Shown here one piece after another: positions 1 to 8,461 of a stretch of DNA of 41,085 bases. This stretch comes from a virus, in IMG/VR virus record IMGVR_UViG_3300034069_000436, positions 1 to 41,085 of that record; one strand, 5' to 3'. The notes beneath the pieces were generated by a model. That model had not been told where the DNA came from. It searched no databases and worked only from the letters and a program-made list of their open reading frames with translations. A program made the translations under genes and the position numbers. Numbering within the stretch: position 1 is the stretch's first letter; the number at the start of each line of letters is the position of its first letter.

Positions 1-141
1 ACGCTGCATGGGGTCGAGTTCCATAATCTGCCACATGTCGGTATCCAGCACCAGCGCGTCGCGCGTAGTGCCGATGTTCCGATCCGGCACGAACGCCAAC
101 TCGCCGAAGTCCGACACGTACACGTCGGCGCCGCCGATGAT
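1..141. repeat. Left copy of the 141-bp terminal direct repeat (identical to 40945-41085)
   Basis: Base-by-base comparison: acgctgcatggggtcgag...ggcgccgccgatgat occurs at both window ends. Both copies lie inside the capsid coding sequence. Confidence 0.97.
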
Positions 142-864
142 CTTGGCCAGCTTATCGCCGGTATCCCGCCGCTGCTGCGCGATGCCGGTAAAGCCACCCG
201 CCGCCATCTTGAGCAGCGGCGACATCAACACCATCGTCGGATTGCCGCCCGACTGATACACCGCTGCGTTTACCGTCTTGAGCAACAGTTCGGTGTAGGG
301 CCGCGTCGTGCCGTTGGTCGCCGCCGCGTTCGGATACCCCATCGTGGTGCCGGACAGCGTCGGATTGGCGCCACCAGTACCGCGTGAAACGTTGGTTCGC
401 ATGAAAGCCAACGCACCAGCCGCCTGACCGGCAACCGTCGCGGTAGGAGGGACAGCGAAATAGTTGCCCGTGAACCGAGCCTCCATATCCCGCTTGATCT
501 CCTTGCCGCGCTTGGCGAGCTGGTACGAATGCTCGTTCGCACGCCCGGCCGACTTGACCGCCTGCTGCGTCGTAGAGGTGCCAACCACGCCGACAAAAAT
601 TTGCGTGTAGTTGCCGAGCCGAGTGGTCGGCGGGCGCAGATCGTTAGCGAGGTCGTCACCCTGCACGGTCGCGTTGTTCGGATTTGCGGCCACCAGCGTG
701 TCAGTCTGCCATTCGGTGTAGACCGCGCTGGCCTTGCCTCGCCCATTGGCATTGATCGCCGAAATGAACGGCGTGTCCACGGGGCTAATGTTGTAGATCG
801 TGTCCGACAGGTCCTCGCGATTGCCGACCCGGCTAACCGTCTGGATGGTGTTCGTGGCAACCAT
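1..864 (-). CDS. Major capsid protein, N-terminal 288 codons. The gene runs off the left edge and continues at 40944..40831 across the circular junction, about 325 aa in total.
   Basis: Absent from the ORF track because it has no stop codon before position 1. My translation from the ATG at 864 (AAAGGA upstream) reads MVATNTIQTVSRVGNREDLSDTIYNISPVDTPFISAINANGRGKASAVYTEWQTD... The REDLSD-IYNISP-DTPF N-terminus is typical of a widespread HK97-fold capsid family. The frame is continuous with ORF 40831..41067 through the overlap. The gene follows the scaffold gene. Confidence 0.85.
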   Translation of the reverse strand, partial: MVATNTIQTVSRVGNREDLSDTIYNISPVDTPFISAINANGRGKASAVYTEWQTDTLVAANPNNATVQGDDLANDLRPPTTRLGNYTQIFVGVVGTSTTQQAVKSAGRANEHSYQLAKRGKEIKRDMEARFTGNYFAVPPTATVAGQAAGALAFMRTNVSRGTGGANPTLSGTTMGYPNAAATNGTTRPYTELLLKTVNAAVYQSGGNPTMVLMSPLLKMAAGGFTGIAQQRRDTGDKLAKIIGGADVYVSDFGELAFVPDRNIGTTRDALVLDTDMWQIMELDPMQR

Positions 865-883
865 GGGTATGTCCTTTCGCGTC

Positions 884-902
884 AGCCTCGACGCGCGAGG
901 CT
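884..902 (-). promoter_or_regulatory. Stem-loop between the scaffold stop and the capsid start
   Basis: AGCCTCG-acgcg-CGAGGCT: 7-bp stem, 5-nt loop, directly after the scaffold stop (904) and before the capsid SD. No U-tract, so it is more likely an mRNA-processing or stability element than a full terminator. Confidence 0.3.
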
Positions 903-903
903 A

Positions 904-1857
904 TTATCCAAGTTGTGCCGCGATGGCGGATGCCGCGTCTTCGAGACTGCCGGTCTTAGCCAACCGCTGCGTTGCGCTCTTCTGCGCCTGTTGCCGCTGC
1001 GCCCCTTGAGGCTGGGCGACGCCAGGCGTCACTGTCTTTCGCTGCGCCCTCACACCCGCCATCTGCTTTCCGACGATCGCATCGTACTTCGCGGCCTTTT
1101 GCTTCCACGCCAGCGCCCTGTTGAGCGCCGCTAGGTCGCCCGCGTCGGCCTGAGCCATCAACTCGCGGCTGTAACCGAGGTCCGACCCGACGTTTATCAG
1201 GTCCTGCTCCAGCTTGGGCCGCTTCTCGGCATCAAACCAATCGGGCAGGATTTCGCGGAGCTTTTGCTCGTTGGCCTGCTTGCGATCGGCCATAAGCCGT
1301 TCGTCGATAGTCTGGGCTTCCGCGTGAATCCCACCGATCTGCTGCATCAACTGCTGATGCTGCCGAGCGCGAAACTCGTACTGAGCGTTTTCCCGCTGAT
1401 ACTGCTGAATGTCGGAATAGTCCGCCGGGTTGGGCGGCTGGGGCGCATACGCATTTGCAAGAGCCGTAAACTGGCTGGCGTAATGTCGCTGCGCTTGTGC
1501 AATCGCGCCTGCTGCTGAGGCTTGAGCCTCGCGCTGGGCATTCGCGGCACCCGTTGTAACCTCGGTGACTTGGCGATTACGGCGGGTTTCAATTTCCGCC
1601 ATGATGCGCTGGGCTTCCAGAGGCAGCTGCGCGAACTTCGCCCGATCTTCCGGGTTCAGGGTAACAGGGGCTTCGATGGCCGGTTCGCCCGGTTCGTCAC
1701 TCTCGCTATCCTGGGCCTCCTCCTCGTCACCTTCCGGCTCTTCGGATTCGTCCTGATCCGGCTCCTTATCATCAGCCAACTCATCTTGCAAGGCCTCTTC
1801 GAGCGCGGCGGCGCCTTCGTCGAGGTCCATGTAATCGTCGTTCGGTTCGTCAGCCAT
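904..1857 (-). CDS. Scaffolding protein (putative)
   Basis: 317 aa. Very acidic N-terminus (DEPNDDYMDLDE...EEPEGDEEEAQDSESDE), then Q/A/E/R-rich predicted coiled coil. Lies between portal and capsid. Confidence 0.6.
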   Translation of the reverse strand: MADEPNDDYMDLDEGAAALEEALQDELADDKEPDQDESEEPEGDEEEAQDSESDEPGEPAIEAPVTLNPEDRAKFAQLPLEAQRIMAEIETRRNRQVTEVTTGAANAQREAQASAAGAIAQAQRHYASQFTALANAYAPQPPNPADYSDIQQYQRENAQYEFRARQHQQLMQQIGGIHAEAQTIDERLMADRKQANEQKLREILPDWFDAEKRPKLEQDLINVGSDLGYSRELMAQADAGDLAALNRALAWKQKAAKYDAIVGKQMAGVRAQRKTVTPGVAQPQGAQRQQAQKSATQRLAKTGSLEDAASAIAAQLG

Positions 1858-1866
1858 GGGAGGTCC

Positions 1867-2160
1867 TTAAAACAAGGGCTTCTTGTCGCGGGTATGCGCG
1901 ACACGGGTTGCGTGATCGCGGGCAACGGCGTCGGCCAGTTTGCCGTCGTCGGTAATCGATTGGATGGCGCGCTGAAGTTCGCCGATCAGTTTCAGCGATA
2001 ACGCGACCTTCTTCAGAATTTCCGTCTCCCACGGCTCGCACTGAACAGCCTCACGCATATGAGCTGCCGTCATATTGGCAAGCATGTCGGCAAGGCCGCC
2101 GGGTTCGTCAATGAAGGCTTGCCAGCGCTGAGCGCGTGCGATTTTGGCTTCGGGGGTCAC
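1867..2160 (-). CDS. Hypothetical protein (head module)
   Basis: 97 aa ORF. Its start overlaps the portal stop by 4 nt. No recognisable motif. Confidence 0.6.
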   Translation of the reverse strand: MTPEAKIARAQRWQAFIDEPGGLADMLANMTAAHMREAVQCEPWETEILKKVALSLKLIGELQRAIQSITDDGKLADAVARDHATRVAHTRDKKPLF

Positions 2161-4382
2161 TTATCCAAATCTCCACCCTTGCGAAACGATGCAATCTTGG
2201 CCTCATGCGCCTCCGAGGCGTGTTGCACCCGCTGCTCATGCTCTCGCCCGGCAATCTCCAGCTTCACCTGCAATTCCCGTTCTGCAAGCGCGGCATCGGC
2301 GTTCTGCTGCCTCACCGCCAATTCCGCCTGTGCTTGCTGCTGCTGCTCGGCAAGGGCCTGCTTATGCTGCTGGGCGGCCTCGGCAAGACTGGCCGCATGG
2401 CTCGCCTTTTGCGTCTCCAGATCGCTTGCCGCCTGCTGTGCCTGCTGCTGGAGTTGCAGCTTGCTCATTGCCTGTTCGTGGTCCTGCTGCGCCTGCTGTT
2501 GCGCCAAGGCAGCCTTGCCCTGTGCCTCAATCGCCTTGGGGTCCTGCTTGGGCGGCTGACTCGCTGCTGCCTGTTGTGCTTCGGGAGTTGAAGGGTCGGT
2601 ATAGAACTCGTTGGGCGTCCCCAGCCCCATATCCCGAATGGCACCGTCGCGAGCCCGATACATGTTTTCAGGCGTCACCAGCGGCGATCCATTCTGAAAT
2701 AGCCCGTTCTGGTCCTCAATGAGCAACTGCCAATTCTGGATGCGCTGCGCCTTTTGGCCCGTCCCCAGTCCAACCCGCACCTCAACGGGCATGTCACCAT
2801 CCCATGCAGTAGGGTTCGCCTGCCGGTATTCCCCGTCTAGGCGCAGCATGATCGGATCGCCCTCCGCAATCATCAGCCGCATCTTCTTGGCAAACAGACG
2901 CCCGCAAGCGCCGCCGGCCTGCCGGGCAACATACTCCTCCATCTGTTGGCCTTGTGCCTGCATCATGGCAGTGCCGGTCGCCGTCTTGCTGATCGCGTCA
3001 GCGTCTAGACCTTGGTTGAGCCGGGTAATGCCCGTGCGGCTTTCACGTTCGCCGACAAGAAATTGGAGGAGACCGAGTCCTTGAGATGGATCAAAAGCGT
3101 CGGCGATAGCTTTGATCTCGCCGCCACCTTTGGTGCGAATAAGCACGCCGGGACCAGCCGTAAGCCAATCGTCGATGGTGCTTTCGCCAATGGCATTTTC
3201 GTCAATCTGCCCGCGTGGGCGATTGGTCAACATCACGCCGTCAATCGTCTGACGCGTCACCATCGTCCGCAACGCCTGAATGTCGGCTACTTTCTCGGCA
3301 AGGCTCTGGCCAACCATTCGATGCGCGCGAGGGAACGGGCAGAAAACGACAAACGGCTGCTCGTCAACCTCGCTGACTTCAAAAATTACGTCACCAACGC
3401 GCAAAACCTGCAACAGTTCGGCAATGCCATCGCCGTCACGGTCAGCACGGACATATTCTTCCAACAGCGTAACCTCGGCGAGCGGGCCGTCATTGTCCTG
3501 CGTGTCCCAGCTCTCACCCCAACGGGCAAGCGATCTGGGATCGCCCCACCATTCGGCTGTGGAATCTGCCGGCAAGTCATCGACCATGCGCCGGTCAAAG
3601 CCCATCTCAACAAGGTCGGAACGGGTTTTCCGACTTCGCTGAGCGATGTACGCGGCATCGTCCTCGTGACGCGCCCGCTGCGAAAAGATAAATTCCTCGC
3701 TCGGTACCGGCATGTCGATGTAACGCTTGCTCGACTGCGGCGTGTGAATACTTGCGGTAAAAGTGCCGTCACCGTGATCTTGCGCACCCATTAGCTGGGC
3801 GCCAGGCCGCTCCGGGTGCAGCCCAGCCGACAGTGCCGCTAGCTGTTCGCCATCAACCGTTAGCCGCTCACGTTTCGTCCGCCGCTTGGTGACGACAGCC
3901 GTTTTCACGATGCCGATCTTTTCGATCAAGCCCGACTGGATCCAGTCAATCAGCACCTTGAGGCCATCTTGGTCGTTCATGAAAGCGTGAGAAACCGCTT
4001 CGGTGGCTTCTCGCGCTGCCTCCTCCTGGCCCGGCTGGCGGGGAACAAACTCCACAATTCGATCGCCAGCGATGAACGTGCGCGCCACGCTGATCGTCAT
4101 GTAGTCGACTGTCTCCGCTACATCGGGAACGACGACTTGGCTTTGCCCCTCAACCTCGTTGCCGAGCGGGCGAGCGTCGTAATAGTCCAGTGCCGTTGCC
4201 TGTTCCTGAGCGAGTTGCGAGTTGCGAAACAGTGAGGCTTGGTCTTCCTCGCGCTGTAGCAGCGACAGTAGCGCGGCATCGTCCATGCCAAGTTGAGCCG
4301 GCTCCGTCGAGTCCTGCTCCTCCCATTGATGCGGAAGTGGAATGTTATGCGGATCACCAAGAACGGGAATGGGAACTGTCAT
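2157..4382 (-). CDS. Portal protein
   Basis: 741 aa, downstream of terL and upstream of scaffold/capsid. Globular core followed by a long Q/A/E-rich C-terminal helix (AQQQAQQDHEQAMSKLQLQQQAQQAASDLE...), reminiscent of P22-type portal barrels. Confidence 0.8.
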   Translation of the reverse strand: MTVPIPVLGDPHNIPLPHQWEEQDSTEPAQLGMDDAALLSLLQREEDQASLFRNSQLAQEQATALDYYDARPLGNEVEGQSQVVVPDVAETVDYMTISVARTFIAGDRIVEFVPRQPGQEEAAREATEAVSHAFMNDQDGLKVLIDWIQSGLIEKIGIVKTAVVTKRRTKRERLTVDGEQLAALSAGLHPERPGAQLMGAQDHGDGTFTASIHTPQSSKRYIDMPVPSEEFIFSQRARHEDDAAYIAQRSRKTRSDLVEMGFDRRMVDDLPADSTAEWWGDPRSLARWGESWDTQDNDGPLAEVTLLEEYVRADRDGDGIAELLQVLRVGDVIFEVSEVDEQPFVVFCPFPRAHRMVGQSLAEKVADIQALRTMVTRQTIDGVMLTNRPRGQIDENAIGESTIDDWLTAGPGVLIRTKGGGEIKAIADAFDPSQGLGLLQFLVGERESRTGITRLNQGLDADAISKTATGTAMMQAQGQQMEEYVARQAGGACGRLFAKKMRLMIAEGDPIMLRLDGEYRQANPTAWDGDMPVEVRVGLGTGQKAQRIQNWQLLIEDQNGLFQNGSPLVTPENMYRARDGAIRDMGLGTPNEFYTDPSTPEAQQAAASQPPKQDPKAIEAQGKAALAQQQAQQDHEQAMSKLQLQQQAQQAASDLETQKASHAASLAEAAQQHKQALAEQQQQAQAELAVRQQNADAALAERELQVKLEIAGREHEQRVQHASEAHEAKIASFRKGGDLDK

Positions 4383-4567
4383 CAGCTACCCTGTCCAACC
4401 GCAAACTGGTCCAGCATCGCCAGCGGAAACATGATCCCGGCGCCGGAAGGACCAGACCCAAGCATCAGCCGATTGGCGTCGGTGTGCGCGCCATCGGGAA
4501 TGGCGAAGAAGGTCCACACGCCGTCCTTGCGCTCGGCTAGGATGTTGAGAGTGATGTCGGGGGTCAT
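4382..4567 (-). CDS. Hypothetical protein
   Basis: 61 aa ORF, coupled by overlaps to both neighbours. Confidence 0.5.
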   Translation of the reverse strand: MTPDITLNILAERKDGVWTFFAIPDGAHTDANRLMLGSGPSGAGIMFPLAMLDQFAVGQGS

Positions 4568-4791
4568 GCGGAAACCCCGTCCTTGCGAGGCACCCGAACC
4601 TTTCTCGGATGCCGCGAAGCCAGCGCCTCTGACACACCGCCATAATTGGCTTGATCGCTCACCTGCGTTTTTCCGCAGCTAAGGCATCGCCGCTCTTGCA
4701 CGAGATACCAGCCCACCTGAGAGTGGAACCAAGTGAGGATGCCTTCTTCGGTCACGACCCAATCAGTCCACTTGTGACGGTGAAACATCAC
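4564..4791 (-). CDS. Hypothetical protein
   Basis: 75 aa ORF, ATGA-type overlap with the terL stop. Contains a CLSCG motif. Confidence 0.5.
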   Translation of the reverse strand: MMFHRHKWTDWVVTEEGILTWFHSQVGWYLVQERRCLSCGKTQVSDQANYGGVSEALASRHPRKVRVPRKDGVSA

Positions 4792-6290
4792 ACCACTCCC
4801 CGGCGCATGTTGCTGTAGTCGATCGGCTTGGCAGCCACCGGAGCAGGGCGGATTGCAGCCGTTTCAAACGACTTGTAGCCGTGACTGAACTCATCATGCA
4901 GGGCGTAGGATTTGAATACGCCCAACTTGTCGTCCCATGCCTTGCGGTAATTATCCAGACACTGGACCAGACGCGCGCAACGCTCTTTGTCGATCCACAC
5001 ACTTGCGAGGAAAGCTCGGCTAGCATCAATGCCGGCCTGCTCGCTCTCGATCCGCTTCACAACCTGGACCGGCTTGATACCGCTACGCTCGGCATGAACA
5101 CGCCGGGGTTCAGCCGTATCAGTCAGCGAGCGCTGGTCCGCGTCATGTGGCATGTAATGACGAGAGTAGTTATAGCCCTTTTCGGTCAGGACGCGCGCGT
5201 AATGTGCGAAACCCTCTCCGCTGTTTTCGTAGTAGTCGATTGCCCGGCGCTCAAACCCATGGTCCTGCCAGAACGTGATTGTCATGCTATCGTTCAGGCC
5301 AAGGTCCCACGTCGTGTAGACTGGTGCGTCCATAATCGGGATGCGGCAGAGGCGTCCTTCACGCCTCATCTTCGACATCTCGCGAGAAAAGTAAGCGCCT
5401 TCAACCGAAGCCTCAAACGCTTCCTGTGCTGTCGATGGGAACTCGCGGCGCATATCGTCGCCCTGCTGCTCGGCCTTCTTAACGTACCAAGCCCGCTGAT
5501 CGCGAGTTAGGAAAATGCCATGGTCGGCTTCAAGCTTGCGGAAGTAGTCCTGCATTTCTCGCGGCTCATCGACTGCTTCGGCGAGGACGTATTCGGGGCT
5601 TGTCCACCACGGCAGAAAGTGGAACTTAAAATCGAGAGCGGTCAACGCTTCGCCTTCCTCTGCCCGCTTTCGCGCTGCTTCAGCCATGTCGTAGAAGTGC
5701 CCAGCTTGGCCCTCTGCCGTGCTTTCTACCGTAATCGTCTGCCCCGCCTGGACGGTGTTGAAAGCGCCGGAACGAACCTCCCGCGCTCGCTCAGGGGCTT
5801 TTGCGCACAGTTTACCGTACTCACTCACATGCAACCGCTGGAGCGTACCGGAGCGAAGGGAAGTGCCCACTCGAATGGACGAGCCGTTGTTGAAACGGAT
5901 GCTTTTGGCGCTGTCCTGCTCAGCCGAGCGAACCCGCCGGAAAGCCGCTGGCAAATTGTCGTAGGCAAACTTGATCTTGTCGGCGAAGAACGCTTCGGCG
6001 TCAGTTAGGTTGTGAGCGATAACGCCGGCAGACAGGTTAGGCGTGAACAAGCAATCGTCCAGCATATCCAGCTGAACGTAGGTTGTGATGCCCTTCTGCC
6101 TAGCCTTGAGCACGATATCCATGCCGTGGCGTTCGTCAGCAAACTGGCGCTGGTCGTCGTTCATTCGAAACGGCACGACGGCGCCGAACTTGTCTTTAAT
6201 CGAATAGAACCCGCCCTCAAGCCGGCTCCGCTTCGTAGGGTAGCGGGTTCGGACACGGCCGAAGAACTCCTGCTCGGCTGGGCTAAGCAT
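4788..6290 (-). CDS. terL: Terminase large subunit
   Basis: Track ORF 4788..6368. Preferred start is MLSPAEQEFF at 6290, overlapping the terS stop. ATPase-like N-terminal half (DIVLKARQKGITT, LHVSEYG) and nuclease-like C-terminal half (TTWDLGLNDSMTITFWQ, HYMPHDA). Confidence 0.85.
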   Translation of the reverse strand: MLSPAEQEFFGRVRTRYPTKRSRLEGGFYSIKDKFGAVVPFRMNDDQRQFADERHGMDIVLKARQKGITTYVQLDMLDDCLFTPNLSAGVIAHNLTDAEAFFADKIKFAYDNLPAAFRRVRSAEQDSAKSIRFNNGSSIRVGTSLRSGTLQRLHVSEYGKLCAKAPERAREVRSGAFNTVQAGQTITVESTAEGQAGHFYDMAEAARKRAEEGEALTALDFKFHFLPWWTSPEYVLAEAVDEPREMQDYFRKLEADHGIFLTRDQRAWYVKKAEQQGDDMRREFPSTAQEAFEASVEGAYFSREMSKMRREGRLCRIPIMDAPVYTTWDLGLNDSMTITFWQDHGFERRAIDYYENSGEGFAHYARVLTEKGYNYSRHYMPHDADQRSLTDTAEPRRVHAERSGIKPVQVVKRIESEQAGIDASRAFLASVWIDKERCARLVQCLDNYRKAWDDKLGVFKSYALHDEFSHGYKSFETAAIRPAPVAAKPIDYSNMRRGVV

Positions 6291-6717
6291 CACGCTCGCC
6301 CAGCCAAGCCGCCGTCGCGGGATCAACAACGTGAGTAACAGTCTGCTCGGTCTTATCGCGCCACGCATCCGGGCGGCGATTTTTCAGCCAGAAAATGGCA
6401 GCCGTGGTGTCAGGCGGATAGCGCTCAACGTAGGGCTCGGTAATAACACTGCCCTCGAAGGACATGATCTTTACCGCGTCGTGCGAATACCCCAAGGCTC
6501 GGCGGTACAAAGACTGTTCGACCCTCGCATCGGCCGTCTCTTTGCCGACCTTTAGGGACTCCGAAAATTCAGGATGCGTGTGCTTCCACAGGTGAAGCGT
6601 GCTCTCGGCAACCTCGAAAAACTCGGCAGCTTCCCGATCAGTGGCACCCAGAGCAGCAAGCTTTCGCGCTTGCTCAACGTACTCAGGCTTAAAGCTGGTT
6701 GGGCGGCCCATAACCAC
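6283..6717 (-). CDS. terS: Terminase small subunit
   Basis: 144 aa. GRPTSFKPEYVEQARKLAALGATDREAAEFFEVAESTLHLWKHTHPEFSESLK...VEQSLYRRALGY is a typical HTH small-terminase N-terminus. Lies immediately upstream of terL. Confidence 0.8.
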   Translation of the reverse strand: MVMGRPTSFKPEYVEQARKLAALGATDREAAEFFEVAESTLHLWKHTHPEFSESLKVGKETADARVEQSLYRRALGYSHDAVKIMSFEGSVITEPYVERYPPDTTAAIFWLKNRRPDAWRDKTEQTVTHVVDPATAAWLGERDA

Positions 6718-6744
6718 CGCACCTACCCCATTTCGCGAGCGGGT

Positions 6745-7044
6745 TCAATCCCGCTCCGCATGAACGCGCTTGATGGCGGCGAGGGCGATTTGGGTCGCGC
6801 TGTAAGCGTCTCCATTGCCAGCGGCGATTTTACCAGCCGTGACCGGAGAACAGCCGACGATTGCAAGACTGGCCACCTCCCTCGCCAACACCAAATCCGG
6901 GTCCACCGGCGCGGGAAGCTCGGCTGCGATAGCGCGGGCCAAATCCCGGTTAATAGTCTGCTGCAAGGAGCCTGGTCGGCCTTGGGCGACCTGTCGCACC
7001 AGCGCAACACACCGCTCCACCAACTCCGGGCTAATCTCGGTCAT
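6745..7044 (-). CDS. Hypothetical protein
   Basis: 99 aa ORF, co-oriented, with plausible composition. Confidence 0.55.
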   Translation of the reverse strand: MTEISPELVERCVALVRQVAQGRPGSLQQTINRDLARAIAAELPAPVDPDLVLAREVASLAIVGCSPVTAGKIAAGNGDAYSATQIALAAIKRVHAERD

Positions 7045-7306
7045 CGTTGTTCTCCCTCACCGTACGCAACCCAAGCGGGTCAAGGATTGCGACTTTGGTG
7101 AGAAGCTGGGCATAAGCAACCCGGTCGGCGAAATCCCAAGTTTTATGATCCTTGCCTGTCGTTTTTCCCCATCCTTCAAGCTGCTGCCACGCCCACTGAA
7201 AGACCGAGGTGTCGAACTCACTACTCGTCCCCGTAAACGGCTTTTCTGTCTCCGACTTTTCCTTGTCGGCCGGCCCAGATAAATTCGGCGCTTCCTCACT
7301 CATCAT
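7031..7306 (-). CDS. Hypothetical protein
   Basis: Track ORF 7031..7519 trimmed to MMSEEAPNLSG at 7306, where the upstream gene's stop (7296) overlaps. Confidence 0.5.
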   Translation of the reverse strand: MMSEEAPNLSGPADKEKSETEKPFTGTSSEFDTSVFQWAWQQLEGWGKTTGKDHKTWDFADRVAYAQLLTKVAILDPLGLRTVRENNDDRD

Positions 7307-7544
7307 CGTCCTCCAATGCAGTCCGGGCGAATTCTTCAATGCATGAGGCGCAATCTGCACCAACAGCTCGGCTGTGAATGCATTGATCCAGCTTGCTAGG
7401 CCTTCCGTCTGCTCGCCATCGCTTTCCAAGCGGGCGGGGGATATTGCTCTCCGCAATCTCCCGCAACGCCGCCTCCATCCTCTCAAACTGGCGCTTGCGC
7501 TTGGCGCGGTGACGGGCACTGGCTCGGACGCTGGCGGCGGTCAT
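7296..7544 (-). CDS. Hypothetical protein
   Basis: 82 aa. Basic N-terminus, Cys pairs, acidic tail. ATGA overlap with the upstream mini-ORF. Confidence 0.5.
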   Translation of the reverse strand: MTAASVRASARHRAKRKRQFERMEAALREIAESNIPRPLGKRWRADGRPSKLDQCIHSRAVGADCASCIEEFARTALEDDDE

Positions 7545-7681
7545 TCTTCGTTATCCTGACAACCAACACCTTCGAAGTCCGGGCATTGACCGACATCGGT
7601 CTCTAAATACGGATCATCTGTTTGCGGTTCATGTCGATACAAGCGACCCTCCACACACCGAAAGCTTTTGAGGACGGTCAT
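7541..7681 (-). CDS. Hypothetical 46-aa protein (below the track cutoff)
   Basis: My translation: MTVLKSFRCVEGRLYRHEPQTDDPYLETDVGQCPDFEGVGCQDNEE. The start overlaps the upstream stop (TGATG) and the stop overlaps the next start (ATGA). Confidence 0.45.
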   Translation of the reverse strand: MTVLKSFRCVEGRLYRHEPQTDDPYLETDVGQCPDFEGVGCQDNEE

Positions 7682-7902
7682 CAGCGAACAATCCGATTTG
7701 CACCAGCATGATTAATAGCGCGGCGAGCGCTCAATTCGCTGACGTGCCAAGACCATACCTGAAGTCGATCGTTGCGATCTCGCCGCATCAAGGCGATCGG
7801 CTTTGGAGCGCTATCCACATCATTATAATCCATCCAAGATTGGACCTGCCGAGAAGCAGCGGGGTGGATTTCGAAGCCGGGCGCTACACTGAAGCTCATC
7901 AT
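7681..7902 (-). CDS. Hypothetical protein
   Basis: Track ORF 7681..7917 trimmed to the ATGATG at 7902, preceded by the strong SD GGGGAGGAGattg. Confidence 0.55.
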   Translation of the reverse strand: MMSFSVAPGFEIHPAASRQVQSWMDYNDVDSAPKPIALMRRDRNDRLQVWSWHVSELSARRAINHAGANRIVR

Positions 7903-7943
7903 CAATCTCCTCCCCACCCATATGCCGACATGTCACGACATAG

Positions 7944-8063
7944 TCAACCCCTCGCCCTCCACATCCGCAAATAAAATCCCGCCGCCTCCTCGCTGATCTC
8001 ATATTTCACCGCCAACCGCGCCGGATCAGCCCGCGACAGGCTCCCGGCCGGCGCGCGGGTCAT
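7944..8063 (-). CDS. Possible 39-aa HTH-like peptide
   Basis: My translation: MTRAPAGSLSRADPARLAVKYEISEEAAGFYLRMWRARG. No clear SD, so this is tentative. Confidence 0.3.
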   Translation of the reverse strand: MTRAPAGSLSRADPARLAVKYEISEEAAGFYLRMWRARG

Positions 8064-8091
8064 GGCGAGGATGAAGGCTTGGAGTCCGGTG

Positions 8092-8316
8092 TCACCCGCC
8101 TGCATCGTTGCTCCCCAGAGCCATCACCCGCTTCCGCCAGCGCCTGGCAGTCCGCTCGGGTATCCTCGCCAACCACGCCGCCTCCTTCAGTGTGGCGCTG
8201 GCCTCGACGTAGGCCATGAAGAGAGCGGCCTGTTCGTCGGTGTTGATGACGCGAGTCTGGGTTGCGTAATGCCATGCCGATGGCTTTGACTGACCTGCCG
8301 CTTGCCCCACCCTCAC
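8092..8316 (-). CDS. Small helix-turn-helix DNA-binding protein
   Basis: C-terminal part of track ORF 8092..8439: TDEQAALFMAYVEASATLKEAAWLARIPERTARRWRKRV is HTH-like. Start chosen at the GTG at 8316, preceded by AGAGGtagggaa. The start is uncertain. Confidence 0.5.
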   Translation of the reverse strand: MRVGQAAGQSKPSAWHYATQTRVINTDEQAALFMAYVEASATLKEAAWLARIPERTARRWRKRVMALGSNDAGG

Positions 8317-8337
8317 TTCCCTACCTCTGTCGCGCGC

Positions 8338-8461
8338 TGCCACACTGCCCCACCACCCCACCTCCCTACGGGAGGGGGAGGTGGTGGTGGGGCGGTTTGG
8401 CAGTATTGGATTGCCCCACCTGCCACACCTTTGCCACACCCGCTATTTTCAAGGTGTGGCA
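8338..8461. promoter_or_regulatory. Repeat-rich intergenic region downstream of the primase-helicase gene: 8-mer iterons plus a GC-only hairpin
   Basis: TGCCACAC occurs at 8338-8345, 8421-8428 and 8432-8439, with an inverted GTGTGGCA at 8454-8461. TGCCACACC (8432-8440) and GGTGTGGCA (8453-8461) form a 9-bp inverted repeat with a 12-nt spacer abutting the primase stop. There is an imperfect C-run/G-run hairpin at 8348-8392 (ccccaccaccccacctccc / gggagggggaggtggtggtgggg). Confidence 0.4.

Noticed and set aside
270-1134. Track ORFs 270..860 (-) and 529..1134 (+) overlapping the capsid/scaffold region
   Set aside because: Their translations are R/P/S-rich nonsense (MPRTPSRRLAGS..., MLVRTPGRLDRLLRRRG...). 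The third minus frame gives a clean capsid sequence. These are high-GC shadow ORFs.
2059-2722. Plus-strand ORFs 2059..2559, 2136..2591 and 2144..2722 antisense to the portal C-terminus
   Set aside because: They have C/L/A-rich low-complexity translations, which are mirror images of the portal's Q/A-rich helix codons (CAG/GCN read antisense).
8370-8392. G-quadruplex in the G-run arm (gggagggggaggtggtggtgggg)
   Set aside because: There are only three runs of at least 3 G without splitting the G5 run. The complementary C-run arm immediately upstream makes a duplex hairpin the simpler structure.
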